The notes under the pieces: model-generated
Database searches by the model: none
What the model saw: only the letters and a program-made list of their open reading frames with translations
Told to the model about the DNA's origin: nothing
Position numbers and translations under genes: made by a program
In this document: positions 1 to 15,100 of the stretch, in pieces
Layout: the number at the start of each line of letters is the position of its first letter
Position numbering within the stretch: the stretch's first letter is position 1
Source of the DNA: Thalia democratica
Lineage: Eukaryota
DNA: 64,000 nucleotides
Assembly: GCA_965202585.1 (NCBI GenBank)
Contig: OZ241831.1
Span: 11,346,001 to 11,410,000, forward strand
Direction: 5' to 3'

Positions 1-141
1 TTCTTTTATTACATATAGATCTTAAATATACCAAAATTCATAAATATAATAATAATATTTTTTCACTGCTTGTAATGTTTTATTATTTAAATTAAAAAGT
101 TTAGTTTATCTTCTTTAACTAAACTTTTATTTATGATAAAG

Positions 142-3100
142 GTGTATGCTAAAGGAGATGTCAAGTATTTTCTCTCAGATCATATCGTTTCTCACTTGAA
201 AAAAGACAAAATTTCACCAAAACTATACTGGTTTTATAACAATATTACAAAGGTTATATATTTTTCAAAAATTAATATATTATAATTTTTTAAAGACTTA
301 ATTTAAAAATAGTAATACCAAATATTTTATTAAAACACTTTCGTTATATCAATAACTAATTTTGTGTTCGTCTTGGTTTATAATTTTGTTTTATTTAAAC
401 TTTATTTGATAAACTTTCATCAGAGAACTTTACGGTTACAAATTAAAAAAAAATATGTACTATGCGCTTTTTTAAGGGGCATGAAAAAAAAAACAAAGAA
501 ACAAATGATAAAAAACAGTATTAAATTTTTAATTATTAACTTACATCTAGAGCCAGAAGTAATTTTCTATCTATTTTTAGTCATCGTTTAAAAACTTAGG
601 AATATAGTTTTTAAAATTAAACTTATAACAGCCTGCTTCACAAGATTTATGTATTGTCAACGAGACACTGAAGGAATTTAACGGTGGAGTTTTTCCGTTG
701 TCACTTTTGCAACAACAGTTATTGCCAAGTAAAATTGTTATGTTTATTTATTGTATTGCAAAGTAGTGTAAGGTATATTTGAACCTGTATATCTTAATAA
801 AGTTATATCTAAGTTATAACTAAGTATCTTGATAAAAGTTTGGTATGCATTGCTTTTAAGCAGTATTTTATTGTCTGTTAGATGTATAACTTTAATAAAA
901 TTAATGACGCGTCGTAGTCTTATGTATACAAAAATAAGTTAACAGTTACAATAAAGCCGTGAAAATCTGATAAAATTTTAACTTTTAATTTTTTAGGATG
1001 TACAGATTGTAAAGGCATCCTGCCGAAGGTTGAAAAAAACACAGTTGAAAACTACCTGAATTTTTCTGCTGTAAATTGCAGACCTGTAATTCCATTTTCA
1101 CAAATGCTCAGAACCGTTGAAATGAAATTAAATAAAGTTGATGCTAAGAGAATTAAACCTCATTCAATCAAGTATGCTTAGTTTTTGATTAATTAGTTTT
1201 GTAGGCTCAAGTAAATAGTCAAATGAAATGTTTAGTTTATCTTAAATATAAAAACTTTTAAAAATATAGTAATTATTATTTTTACTTGGTTTTATTAAAC
1301 AACAGATTTTTATCTTGTTTAATGACTTAATTGATAAATTAAAATCACAGATGCAAGCTGTATAAAGAGGACGGGTCACTTTTGTGTAGAGGGAAAATAA
1401 AACCCTTGATGAAAGACCCCGTGCAGCAAAACCCCAATGAAAAACCACACACCGTACAGTTGTGGCCAGATAAAAATGTCAAGGTTGACGGCCCAGTTTG
1501 CATTGGCCAGTGCTTGACAACAGCCTCCCTGGCAACCTCCGACCTGAATTGCAGCACCGACTTCACTACAACCAGGCGCATGTCCCAGGAAGGGGGAAAC
1601 ACCTGCGCTGAAATAACAGTTCTAGGGCTGATTGACAACGAAAGTGTCAATATTGGCATGTTGTCGGGGCTCAGTCACGTAGCAACGTTCAACGTCCAGG
1701 AGATCGGTCCGCTGTGCCTGGAAGGGGTTAGGGCGAGCAAGCAGACGTTGGTGGTTTCCAGCAAGTGCCTGGACCAACTCGACCATTTTGTGCATTATGG
1801 GCTTTTGCAGGGACTCGGGTCTGGTACAATGTCCATTTCGTGGTTGAGGTTAGTTTTTTATACATTAGTTTTTTGAGAAAAAAAAATTAAAAACATTAAA
1901 AAGTTGACGATGTATTTAATAAAATACAAAGAAAATCTTAAAACTGCTTTGTGCATTTTTATTTTATTCGTTGATTTTTTTGACTTTGAAATTTTTGCAA
2001 CTTTTGATTTAAAACTACAATTTTTATCCTGGGAGTTGAAAGTCCAGGCTTTGGTTCTGATGACTTTAGCTTAAATTTTCTTTTTGATTTTACGTTAAAA
2101 CAGAAAAGGTGTTTTATTAGAAGAAAACATTTGTAACGTTAACTCCATAAATATTAAAATATATTATTTTTATGCTATAGAACTCCAATGCTAGGCAATA
2201 TAGCTCGATTGATTCAAAAGATAAAAAACGAATCTGAAGAACAAAAATCTTCAAAGCGTAATAACGCAATAAGTACTAGAATGTACAACAGGATTCAAAA
2301 AATTGTTGAAAGAAATTTACAGGAGTTTTTAAAAAAGAAAGCTGAAAATAACTTGTGCAATGTGAAAAGTGGTATGTGATGCTAACTTAAAAGAATACAA
2401 ATTTTTAAAATACATAAAAAATATTCGGAAACTAACTCTTCTCATAACTTAAAAAAAAACTTTTGAGCAAAAAGTCACTGCTAATGCATAAAATTTAAAA
2501 TATTTGTGCTACTTTTAATTACTTAGTTAAGTTTAAATTTTGTCTGATTTCTAACAGATCAAAAATATAATTAAACAAAAAATAAATTTTTTTCAGATTC
2601 GCCGAAGTTAGTTCCGTCAACCCAACCAACCACTCCTGTAGCCTCACTCGTAAGAAGGGGATCTGAAGCTGACTACAGCATCAGTGAGTTCAGTTGCAGT
2701 AAAGTATTTTAATTCATGTTTTTAATATATGAAAACAAGTTGTTTGTATTAAGGTTGACAAAATAAGGCCAATGTGCTCTTAGTTTACAAAGTTTGTTTC
2801 AATTCAGACTACTACCATGCACGTGTTTTGCAACTTTGTGTATTGGTTTTGTTTCAAAACAACCAAAAATTATTGTTCATACCAAGTTATGTTTTAAAAT
2901 TTTTTTATGATATATTGAAAATTATTAGGGACTCCGAAATCTGTTGTCAGGTATCAAAGCCAAAAGTCGGACAGTTCCAAACCTCTTCCTTTGAGTAAGT
3001 TTTTATCTATAAGCGTGTTAAATAATTGAAATATCAACATATGCCAAAGTTTGCAAAAATATCATTAACGTAAAAATACTACTTTTTAGATTATTACACT

Positions 3101-6100
3101 ATTTTTTTATATCATAAAGATTTACAAATTAATTACATTCTTGTTTAAATCAGAAAATTTCATTGGAAGTTCTTATAATTTTTGGACGATATAAAAAAAA
3201 GTTAATTAATTTATAAACAAGTTTTTCAAATTTGTTTAAATTAATTTAAAACAAATTGCTTGAAAAAGGGTTCTTAGCCTTATAAATCTGTTTACACTTT
3301 AAACATTGTTAACGTTGTTGGTTATAAAGCACAATTTTATGCAAAACCTTTTCAACTGGTTTAGATGTACACTAAATTATTAAATTTTTTGTTTTTTTAT
3401 AGAAAATATAAATATAAGTAATTTAATATTAAAATTGTTGTAGAACCAATGCGCTTTACTCCTCATCTCATGGAACATTGGAGTCGGTATGACGTCATTA
3501 ACAAAACTTTTACGAGCCGTCTAACAAAGTTAGTTAAAATAATAAATTTTAAGTTAAGTGTTCTGAAGTAAATGTTTGATATGTTAGTTTGCAAAAAAAG
3601 TATTGATTTAAATATTATCAGTGAATTATTTTTTCCTATCAATGTTTAGGTTCTAAAACTTTTTTAGATTAGAAAATAAAATTTTTTTAGAAAATAAAAG
3701 TTCACTAAATGAGTTTTTTAGTCTTAACTTCTTGTAAAGTTTCAAAAACCTACTTCAGGGTTGCCACAAAATCAGGAAAAGTCAGGAAAAAAGAAAAAAA
3801 GACAAAAGCCAGGAAAAGTCAGGAAGTTTGATGTAAACATGCTCTTAATAAGAAAGTTTATCATCTCTTAAAACTGCTTTTTGCTACTGTTGTTTTATAA
3901 AGTATTGCTTTTGCAGTTCATCTTTTTTCAGGGTTTAATTGAATTTTTGGAATAAGTTAAAATTTGTTATGATCTCACGCATGCATTTACTGTTTGGTAG
4001 AAAGTGAGTTCATTTTTCGTTTCAAGGTATTTAATTATAATTACTTGTACAGAAATCTAATGCTTAATGTTTAGGGTTTTTAAACTCAGACTCACCATTG
4101 TTGTTTTTCTTTCCAGATCATTTTATAATAGTCAATTAAGTTTGTTTTACGTTTATTGTATTCAAATTACTTCAAAATGAAAATTTTAAGAATTTTTGGC
4201 GTTTAAAAAAAGTTCTGTATGGCTCATTAAAGATGATGATTAAAAGAATTTTTAATGCCAGTGGTGTTAATTAAAGTAGAAGTATGAGTAAGGCAACCTA
4301 TGAGTTTTCAGCTAAAATTTCATTTGACAATAACCACAAAAACACCCTGTGAAAAATTTTAGACGATTTAAAGAAACTTCCACCTTGGCAAAATTCAATA
4401 TTCTGGTAAACCACCCTAATACATACTGTATGGAACTCAGAAAGTGAATTTTAGCTGGAAGTTTTTCAACATGTGAAAATTATCACAAACACACATTGTG
4501 CACAATTTAACACAATTTAAAGAAAGTTTTATGGTGGTACTTCTTGATTTTTTGAACAAGAAAACTGGAAACTGAACAAAACTTACAAAAAGTGTTAACA
4601 TTTACATAAAAAATTACATCAAAAAGTCAGGATTTTTTTTTCCAGCTCTACCTGTGAAACCCTGCTCTTTATTTTTTTTAAAGGTTTATTGAAACTATGT
4701 TTCTTACTTGTTCACAAACCTAACCTAAAAATAGATTTAATTAAGATGAAGTAATTGGATGTAGAAAGTTTAGATTGAACAGCTGTTCAACTAAAACATA
4801 AATTAGGAAAATAGTTTTATTAAACGTACTCTAAATTAAAAAGTAACAAATTCATTTATTATTACTAAAAAGTACTTAGGATTGACAAAATGATTTTAAT
4901 TTTGCCTGCAATAATAATGAATTCATGTACTTAGTTCATCTCTTTTACAGACTAAGTTTAAGTTATGATGTCGTATAATTTCACAATTTTTATCAAATTG
5001 ATTTTTGCAGCACCTCCCAGGAGGAAGACACCGAAGAAAAGAGCAGGAAAGAAAAGCGCTCCATGGACCTGTTGAGCCAAATACAGTTGAGTTTCAAGCA
5101 GAAAGCTGAGGAGAAGCGCAAATTGAGGGCTGACAACAAAAAGGTTTTTGAATAAAAATTTTTTTCAGCAAACTGTTTTAAATGTTTAGAGTTCAGTGTA
5201 ATCTCAACGATATAACAAGCAATTAAGTTTGTAAAGTATAGTCTAAAACAGTTTTGTTTTGTGAAAAGCATATTACATCGAATTGTGTTGATGTGGAACA
5301 GTTAAAAATATAATATTTTCAGTTTGACAAGTTTAAAGTAAAAACGTTTATAATAATTTTAAGTGGTGTACAAACAATATTAAAAGTATTTTTTTGTTTA
5401 GAAAAAACAACAAAAGAAAAAAGACGGCTCACATGATTGTATGAAAACCATCAAAGAACAAATTGAAGGTTTTTTTTATTTTTTATTAATGAGTAATTTA
5501 AAATATAAGCTAAATTTAATATTTTAAATTTTTCAGAAAAGCCAAATAACATTTACCACATTAATGTATCATTAATTTAACAACAAATATTTACAAAATT
5601 GTAGAATAACTTTATTTGAAAAAATACTTGTAATTTGTTTTATAGTTTTCTTTATTTTCCAAGCTCTTTTCATTTCTTACAAGTTTAAATTATCATCAAT
5701 AACCTGTAATGTTTAGCTTAATTTTTAAAAGTTATCAACAATATAACAACACCAGTGTTGAAAAGCTGGGAAGAAGCAGTCGGTGGTTGCGTGGCGGAAC
5801 TGAAAGAAAAGTTGCAAGTGAGAGCGGACAAGATGCCCGAAGTCGTCGATATGAGTTACAAGCAACTGCAGAAGCACGCCTGTTTCGTGTGCAACCTGCT
5901 CTACCAGTTCCTCGATAAACAAAGTTTGTTTTTTATTTGCTTATGTACTGCAAGTCTCAGTCCTACAAAATTGGTGGTTTTTGCATGTTGAACTGGTAAA
6001 CATGCTTTTTTTTTGTTTTTCGTAGTTGTTCAACAGCTTGATTATTTTTTTTCTGAACTCTATACGAAGTTTGTTGTACTGGTACTTAGTAAAACTACAC

Positions 6101-9100
6101 TAGTTAGTTTATAAAAACAATTTTTTAGCTAGTAACTTTTGTGTTATATAGTACTTTAAACTGAACTAAATTAAGTAAGGCTTTAGTCTTAAAACAATGT
6201 AAAGCAACTTTTTACTTGCTAATAAAAAAAGTTAAATGATAATATATATGGTATGTTATAGAGATAAATATTTTTGAAAAAGTGATAGATTGTTTTATAA
6301 ATAAAAAAACAATTCACTTTCAAACTTAATTCGAAAAAGTTTTTTTGCCCGAAGGCCAAATTTGTGAAATAAGTACAACAAGTATATCTTTACTCACTGG
6401 CAAAATAGTATTTGTTAGCCTAAAAAAGTGCTAATAATAATCTAATTTTATTAAACAATGAAGTTTCTAAAGATCTAGCTTAAACTATCTTTTGTAAAAT
6501 AGAATTCTTTTGTTTTTGCCAATGGTAAACATTAATACATGTATTACAACAAGTTATTACACAGACAGCACCAATAAAGATGCATCACAGTGTTCAAATT
6601 ATCTGCAAAAAGTTTGGAAAACAGTTGATGATGATATTTTACCTTTGTTGAATCACAAAGATATCACTAAAGCAGAAGTCAAACAGAAAATGTTAGTTAT
6701 ATGTATTTCTTAAGTATAAAAAATCTATAAATATATACAAGCCAAACGTATATGTTTAGTTCTTAAAATCTGTTATGTAATTAAACAAAGTTTAATCGAA
6801 ATTTATTTAAATAAACAAGGATAAGTAAATAACACACTTGATTAAAAAAATAGATTAATAACTATATTGTTTATAAAACAAATTCAGAGTAAAAAAAAAT
6901 TGTAATAAAATGACAATTGCCTCTAAAAAACAAATAATCAAACTTATTATTTGTTCATAAATAAACGCAATTAAAATTAATTACTTAACAATATGTACTT
7001 TCTTAATTTTTTGAATTACATTGTAAACTTATATTAAAACAAGTTTTAAACTTTTTAGATAAAATACTTTAGGACAATTAATTTGAATTGAAAAAAATTA
7101 AAAATAACACACCAGTAAAATTAGAAATATTATAAACTGAAGAAGAGTTAAGCAATTCTTAATTATGTTAAAAAGTGAGCAATCTTTGAAAACTTCACCC
7201 GCGATGTTTTTTTCGGATAGTTCACGCACGAACGCACAAACCAATCAGGTGATTTTAATTGGCGCCTCACGGTCGCTGGCGGCAGATTAAAAAATTCAAA
7301 ATTCAAAAAGATGCAACATTTTGTGTGGCAAACTGCCAGTATTTGAAATCGTTAAAACTTTTCAGAATCGCGCTAATATTGTTAAAATATTTTGTTTTAA
7401 TGTAAAAAAAAAAGTTACTAAGATTTAATTTTAGTTGTTATAGTATTTGTTTTAATTTGTATTTCTTATTTCTATCTGTATATACTATAAAGTATCAACC
7501 GAAAACAACTTGTTTTATTAAAAGTTTGTTAAATTAAAGAACAAAATAGTTGTTGTTTTAAAGTACGAAAATGGTTAATTAATTAATGTAATGAGAGCTA
7601 TAACATATACATCCTTTGCTCCAACCGTTTTTACTAAATTATTTTTTGGAACATTAATAACTTGCACGCTTTTGTGACTAAAAGTTTCAAGTGCGACGAT
7701 CATCATTTTGTGAATTGAATTTTATGAGTGTGACCACAAAATTTTCATTCATAAATTTGCCAATTGTAAAACTACGACTTTTCTAATTGTAGTTTTATTA
7801 CCTTTTCAGACTGCCCAATGCGGTTTTAATGTATATTTCCGGTTCCTTAAGTGCTGAGAAAATCTATTCTGAAACTTTAAGCCTATTTGAAATACTGAAA
7901 AGACTATCATATACTTTTATTCATTTGATTAATTTATTTTTTCTTCAAAAAAAAAATCGAAATAAATTGTACTTTTTAAGTTAAAGTTTTCAAGTTAGAT
8001 ATAATAATGAAAAACTTAAATTTTTTAGTCCAAGCATTTTAAAAGATTTGTTAACACATTATGCTGTTTTTCATCAACATTTTCCCGATAGTAAGTACAC
8101 AACTAACAAAACGAACACATTGTTTAAAAATCAGTTTGAATTTGGCGCGGGTTTCCTTGAAAATTTGCGAAAAGAGTAAATATTTATTTGACCGCTTTAC
8201 ACAATGTAAATAGGCTACAACAATAAATCGCGGATTTACAATCTGTTCTCGCTAATTTTGTTGTATAACCTTGACATTTGTTTGGAATTTACGAGCTTTG
8301 TTTGCTTTAAAATATTAAAAAAGTTGGCATTTGAAATAGGCGGTTTTGATTTTTTCTCCCAGAAATAATATAATTTAACACATTATAGTAAAATCACCAA
8401 TGTAGATATATTTCTCATCTTTTTCATTTTAATCTGATACTATTTTATGTATAGTCATATTAATCCTGTTATTTTATTTTACGACAAGTTTTCAATGCTG
8501 TTTGCATTTTACAGGTTGGAAATAAAAATGCTGATATTCCTCGAACTCAACAAACTGCAGGTCGGCCTTCAGTGTGACGTCATAAACAACGAAAAGAAGC
8601 TGTTGCAAACTTCGCAAGCGTACATACTGTGCTGCGACTCGGAGAAGCTGCACGCGCTGTTCACCAGCTACCACATACCAAAGTGAGTTGAACTTTTTAA
8701 TACATTGTTACATAACTGGTGATTGACATTACTTTTTGTGGTTTTTAGTTAGTGCTGTGTTTTGCTTAGAACTTGCACTCCAATATGGTTGAATATTTTT
8801 GTATCTTTAAAATACTTTTTTTGTTGATTTCTAATAGAACCAAATACAAAAATATATTCAAATTATTTTAGTTTCAATAGTTTTGCTCAAAAATGCTGCT
8901 TTTTATAAGACGAGTTAAAAATAACCTGTATAAAATATAAAACCTTTTACAAACTAATTATGGTTGTACAAATGTCACAAAAATTATCGAATCGTTCATG
9001 CCTAAATAATACAATCAAAAAGCTAAGAAAAATTAATAACTTACCATTTACATGTGCTATATACTCTTTTATAATAATAATTAAAATGATTTAAAAACCT

Positions 9101-12100
9101 TTTTACTTCGTATTTTACATATTGGTGTGCATTTATATAATGTGTTAATTTTCAAACTGGGTCAATTGTATGCCACTTGAAATTGTTGATGCTAAAAGTT
9201 TTTGATTTTTTGAAACACCAAGCACTTCACTTGAAAACCGTTGGTCAGCATAAACTAGTGAAGGTTAAACTCTCGGAAAAGTTTTGTTTATGAAGTTAAT
9301 AGTTCATGTTTTCATACATACTATAAAAAAATTGTTTGCTTAGATTAGTAATAAAAAAAAAATCTTAAAGTCATTTTTATGTGATGACAATAAGTTATTG
9401 ATGTTTATAATAATTAAAACAAAAGTGTTTTTAACGTTCAAATTTATTCATGGTTAATTATTATGCTTTAAAAATTATTGAAAAATAATTAAAAAGTATA
9501 ATTGAACAATTTTCTTATTAAACTATAACACTTCTGTTGTTGTGCAAATGTAAATAACATTGAATAAATTGCTTGCCAGGCTTATCGTTTGATTAAGTTA
9601 GTTCTAAAATCCCGCCTTTAACAAATTATATTGTGAATGTTAAGCGCTAAGTTTAAATACACGCTAATCAATTCCACTGCTAAATTTTCAAAGGTAGTAT
9701 ACATAGCATCCTACTAAAACATATCACCTTCAAACATTTCGTCCTTTTCTAAAACTCGTAAAAACCTAGTACAGAGTAAAAATATTTAATTTTACTACAA
9801 AAATTGTTTCATCTCAGCTAATTTAAAAATTCTTTATTTATTGTTGCTGGTTTTATGGTGTTTTTTAAAAACTGATTAGAATAAAATCAAGTAACAGAAT
9901 ACAAACATTTTTAAATAGATTACGAATATAGTTTTGCAAGTTTCAGAATTTGAAACCAAACTTATTGTAAATGGTTTTAGTCGTGTAAACTTCTGTTCTT
10001 ATTGCAGTTTAGTCTTTAAAGCTAATTATGATTGACGACTAATCTGTTAAGCTTGCGTTGATGTTTGTCTTGTCAGTTGTATAGTTTTATTAAAATATTT
10101 CCCGCCTTTTCCCACCAATCACCTTCACGTACGGCGCGCAATTGTTAGACGTTTAGTTGCATGGAACACTGGTGTCATGTTATGACGTCATAATGTTTGT
10201 TTTGCAACGCATTGAGGTCGCAAACACGTTCAACAGATGCTGATCGGTGCAATGTTGCTGTTTTTTGTGTAACTGAAGGCCTTTGTGATGTTTTTGAGTG
10301 GTTCGTACGAGAAAAAAAACATGACTTCTTTGTTCGATAAATTCGATATAGATTTACTGTTTTTAAAATTTTTGAAGCAGTACAAAATACATCATGTGCA
10401 AGGTTTTACATTTTCATAAAATTTGTTTATGTAGAAAAAATATCAAAAATAGAAGTTGTTAATACGAACGACACAAAGATTTCCTATTCAACTTTTACAC
10501 GGAAGTACATGTTAAAAAATCTTACACAAACACTCACACAAAGATTTTTACACTCGATATATACGCGTTTACAAAAATATAAAATTGGTGTGTATTTTGA
10601 TATATATAAAAAAGTTTAATTTTTATATAAATTAGTTTTAGAAATTTTGTAATTCATATATTGTTGTATAATAATAACATAAAAATAGTTTTACTTTAAA
10701 TAAATCAAACTCAAATCTGAAATTACTTTTTTCAATATTTTGTTTGCATTTGAAAAAAGTTTTGGAACCAGAAAAAAAGTAGTTTTGGTTTTAGATGATT
10801 AAGTTTATAAGTTACAACATGTTTGATAAAGTAAGTTAATTTTTTAAATGCAATATAGTTCAAGTATAGAAAAATTAATGTCTTCATATTTGATATTATT
10901 TGGTGTATGAGATTCAAAAAGTAATTGTATGCTGTTTTATTTTTTGTATAAAAGTAGTTTATAACTCAAATAAATATATACGCAGAAAATTTTAGAAGAA
11001 TAAACTATAAGATGAAAAAATTGTAGACAAATAAAATCAAAGTCTCATTTAAATCGAATATATTTAATTTGAAAGTATTAATACAAGTATTTGAAGTTTA
11101 AAATATTAGTATTTTATTTAAATGTTTATTTAGGAAAACAAACTTAATAAAATTTTAACATTTAAAGTAATAATGTTGCTTATATAAAAGTTTTATTTAC
11201 AAATTAAATAAGGATTTTAAATAAATTTTGTTTTGGTTAATGTGTTACATATAGTTTTTCATTCAAACAATTTTGTACTGGTTCTTCTATAAGTTTTCCA
11301 TTTACTAATGCAGTAAGTTTCAAGTACATTTAGATACTGGTAAAATGTTGATTTATAGCTTCAAGGTTAAATAAAAATCATAAAGCATAAGCAACATCTA
11401 ATTTGTTTAATTTAAACAAACTATTAAATAGAATATAGCTGTAGTATTTATTCAGTCATACCAATTTTCTTAGTTTTTAAAATTTGCGCTACATATACGT
11501 TTGCAAATTAAACTTTTTAAGTTTAGTTGTTGTTACTTATTGCATTAGATTCATCATTAACTGATTGAAATAATGCATCAATTTATAGTTTTTATTACCA
11601 TTCGAGGTTTGATTTTTTTAAAACTTTGATTTAGCATTATTTTGTTGGAAAAGTGACTTATTAATGGATATGGAGTAACATTTCTTTTTAAGTACCTGAA
11701 AAGCCTAATATTTAAAAAATAAAACGAGTCAAGTATAAGTTTGTTGCTAAGTTTAGAAATCATTATACAAGACGAGCAATAAAGTTTATTCGAGGTCAAC
11801 GCAACTGTCACTGATGCCCTCATTTCAAAATTTCAAACGCCCGCCTTTATTCAACCACAAAGCGCAATTTTCGAAACACGCGCTAAATTAGTGTCTCGGG
11901 CATGCGTTTGAATTTGTTGAGTGTCTTACTAAAACCTTAAAGAACTAAGAAATCTTGAAAACATGTTTGAAATTAGTGTAAAGGAAGAAGGCGCATGGTT
12001 TTGCAACTTTACTTTTTCGTACGAGCGCGCAAATCAGTCAAATTCTGGTTTTGCCACCACGCGATGTAACTTTACGCTTGACTGCGCACGTCGCAGTTTG

Positions 12101-15100
12101 AAAATTGCGCACGCGTTATCTCCACTGACAACCCTGCTCGCGAGCGCCATGCAGTGGTGATATTCTTTTCCGTTTCCGGCGCTTTTCTTCTTGAATTTTG
12201 ACAATACCAGTAATTAAGGTGATTTTACAACTAAAATATAAAGTGAAGCTTTTGCTTTTTGATTAATTACTTAAGTAAGTTGTTAAAACAATTTATTATT
12301 AGTAAAAAAATAGTTAGTATTGTTGATATTTGGTACAAAAAAGAGATGTTAATTTGTTTATTTTTCTTGAACATAAGTTTTTGTTTATAATAGTAAATGT
12401 AAAGCTCTAAACTTAATTCTAAAAAGTTTATTGATTAATCTTTAAAAACATAATAAAGTTAGTTTTAAGTTGTTATTAAGTTGTTAGTAATAGAATATCG
12501 AATAAACTTGAAAATAAGTGAAAAGTATTTAAATAAAAAAAAAGCATGTTTTAATGTATTAGTTTTGGTAGAACATCCGTATCAGTCAAGCAACATAGAA
12601 ATAAATTACTTTACTTTTTTTTTTGTAGCTTGTTCGAAGGTGTAAAAAATATATAAGTAATTATTAATTACTCATTTAGTAACATTGTAGAATTTAGTAA
12701 CAAAAAAAATTGTAATTAAGTTAAGATATCAAAACTTAAAATAAAAATATTATAAGTTTAATTTTAAAATAATAAAGGTGTTAATTGATACTAAAAACAT
12801 GTAATAACAGACAGAAAACAGAATGTAAAACTAAAAAAAAAAAACTTCTAATGAGTAACATGAAAAAGCAATTTTTTAAATAGATTTTAGAATAAAAGTT
12901 TGTAAATAATAGTCACATACTTATTTAATAGTTATATAATACAAACTTAAAATAATAACTTAATACTAACTGAATAAATCAACTATTAAAAAATATTACG
13001 TTTTTTTTGTATATTCAATAAAAAAAGTAGTACTTCAACTAGCTAAATACGACCATGTGGTATAAAGAAAAAAATAAAACAATGAGTAACATAAAAAAAC
13101 ATGAAAACATGACAAAAACAATCTAAAGTAGCTGTTTGTAAATAATAGTTTCCTACTTATTTGTTAGTTATAAAGTACGAACTTATTATAATAATTTTAT
13201 ACTAACCGAATAAATCAGCTATTTAAAAAAACTGCAACATAAAAAAAAACTAATTTAAAACAGCTGCTTGTAAATATTATTTACATTATTATTTCATGAT
13301 TATTTACTTCAAACCTAATATAATAATTTTATACTAACCAAAACAATAATCAGAAATTTGAAAATTTTATGTTATTTTGTAAATTCAATAAAAAAAGTTA
13401 TTCTTCAACTAGCAATGCTACATAACACAATATGCTAAAATGAATAGGTTTTATAACGTTATGGTAAATATCAGGTAAGCAGTAAAAAGTGTTTTAAAAT
13501 TTTCTATAAGTTATAATTTCACAGCTACATACAAACGTGCGGTAAGCTGATGGCCGACACGCTCGACCAGATCTACCCGAAAGTTCCGGACCGGCTGGTC
13601 CAGTACATAGACGAGGACAGTGACGTGTGCAGCAGCGTGGCCACAAACCCCTCCATCATGTCACCAACCCAAAACGGGCCCAGGACCTTCGGCAACCACA
13701 GGACCGTCAACTTGTCCAGCGTCGAGGAAAAATGCGAGGAATTTTTCGTGTGAGTTTTTCGTTGTTGATTTTTATCAAAAATATAATAAATGTTTTATAT
13801 GGTTTTTGTTAGTATTTTATTTAAGTTTATCAACTAGCCTACTTTTTTTATTTTTAACTTATACTTAATTTGGTTTCATTTGTTCATTGTTAAAGTTGTA
13901 TTGTGACTTGAGTTTTATTACTAGCATTCTTTATTACAATTTACAAAAAAAAAAAAGAACTAAATTTCAATACAAATTTTATTTATCATGCTGAAATAAA
14001 GTCAACACAAAGTTGATAGTTTTAGTCTAAATGTTTTATTAGGTGGCTTTTCAGTACTATATAGAAATTAGTTTGAATTTAAGTTAATATTAAACTCATT
14101 ATTTTTAGACCGAAGCGACGCAGCTTGGCGGGTCGCGCCTTACCACTCGCCACCGAAGCAAGAAGGTTGAACATGAAGGAGATTGGTAATAATTTCAAAG
14201 AAAAACTCGAAAGAAAGTTGGTGTTTGCTGTATTACTTTAAATTACAAATGTAGGGTTGGCAGCACGTTTTGGTAATTTTAAGTTTCAAGTAAAATAAAA
14301 ACAGTCATGTTTAATAATAATACTTTAAACTGTGATAACAATACTGCCTTTAACTTTAATTGTTATTTTTTTGCCTTTTAATTGCAGTACATTTTTTTGT
14401 GCATGTCTAAACAAAAAATTTGTGGTGTAAGTTAATATAAGTGTTAGAATATTTGAAATTTAATAACTATTGTGATCTACTCATTAACTGTTTAATAATG
14501 ATCATTTAATTCTTTTAAAGATCAACTCAGTTGATGAAAGTGAAAGAATCTCCGGCCACTATGAAGAGAAAACAAAGGAAGGAAAAAATTGAGGCTGTTG
14601 CTGCTAAAAAGCGAAGATCCAGCGGTAATTCGCTAAAATATATTTAGTTTACATACCATTTGCTATTAAGTATGTAGATGTTACTCATTTTAGCTTTTAT
14701 TTTATTTCACGAGGTTTTTCAAATACTAAAAATTAAAATTCTCTATTTACTTAATTGCAAATGATATATAAATACGTTTAAAACCTTCCTGTAATATTTC
14801 GTTCAAATAAGAGTGTTTCATGTGTCTTGAGAATGTTTTGTACTAGTATATGATGAATTGAAAAATAACAAAAGTTTCAACTGCTTTCACAATAATATTT
14901 TAATTAAATAATTTTGGTTTTCAAAATTTTTTATAACGTTTTATGAAACGTTTGTTATGTTTCTTAGTTACAACCAAGTCTTCTCGTAACCATGGCGACC
15001 CGTTCATGTCTCCACCACCCACGTTGGGAAGGTCCATGACAACGCCCGACCTTGAAAGGGAGAAACGGTTGTTGAGGTCGGCCCATACCGTGCACATATT

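Noticed and set aside
11578-11823. Antisense ORF starting beside island 4
   Set aside because: Composition becomes intron-like after ~20 codons and no downstream exon was found.
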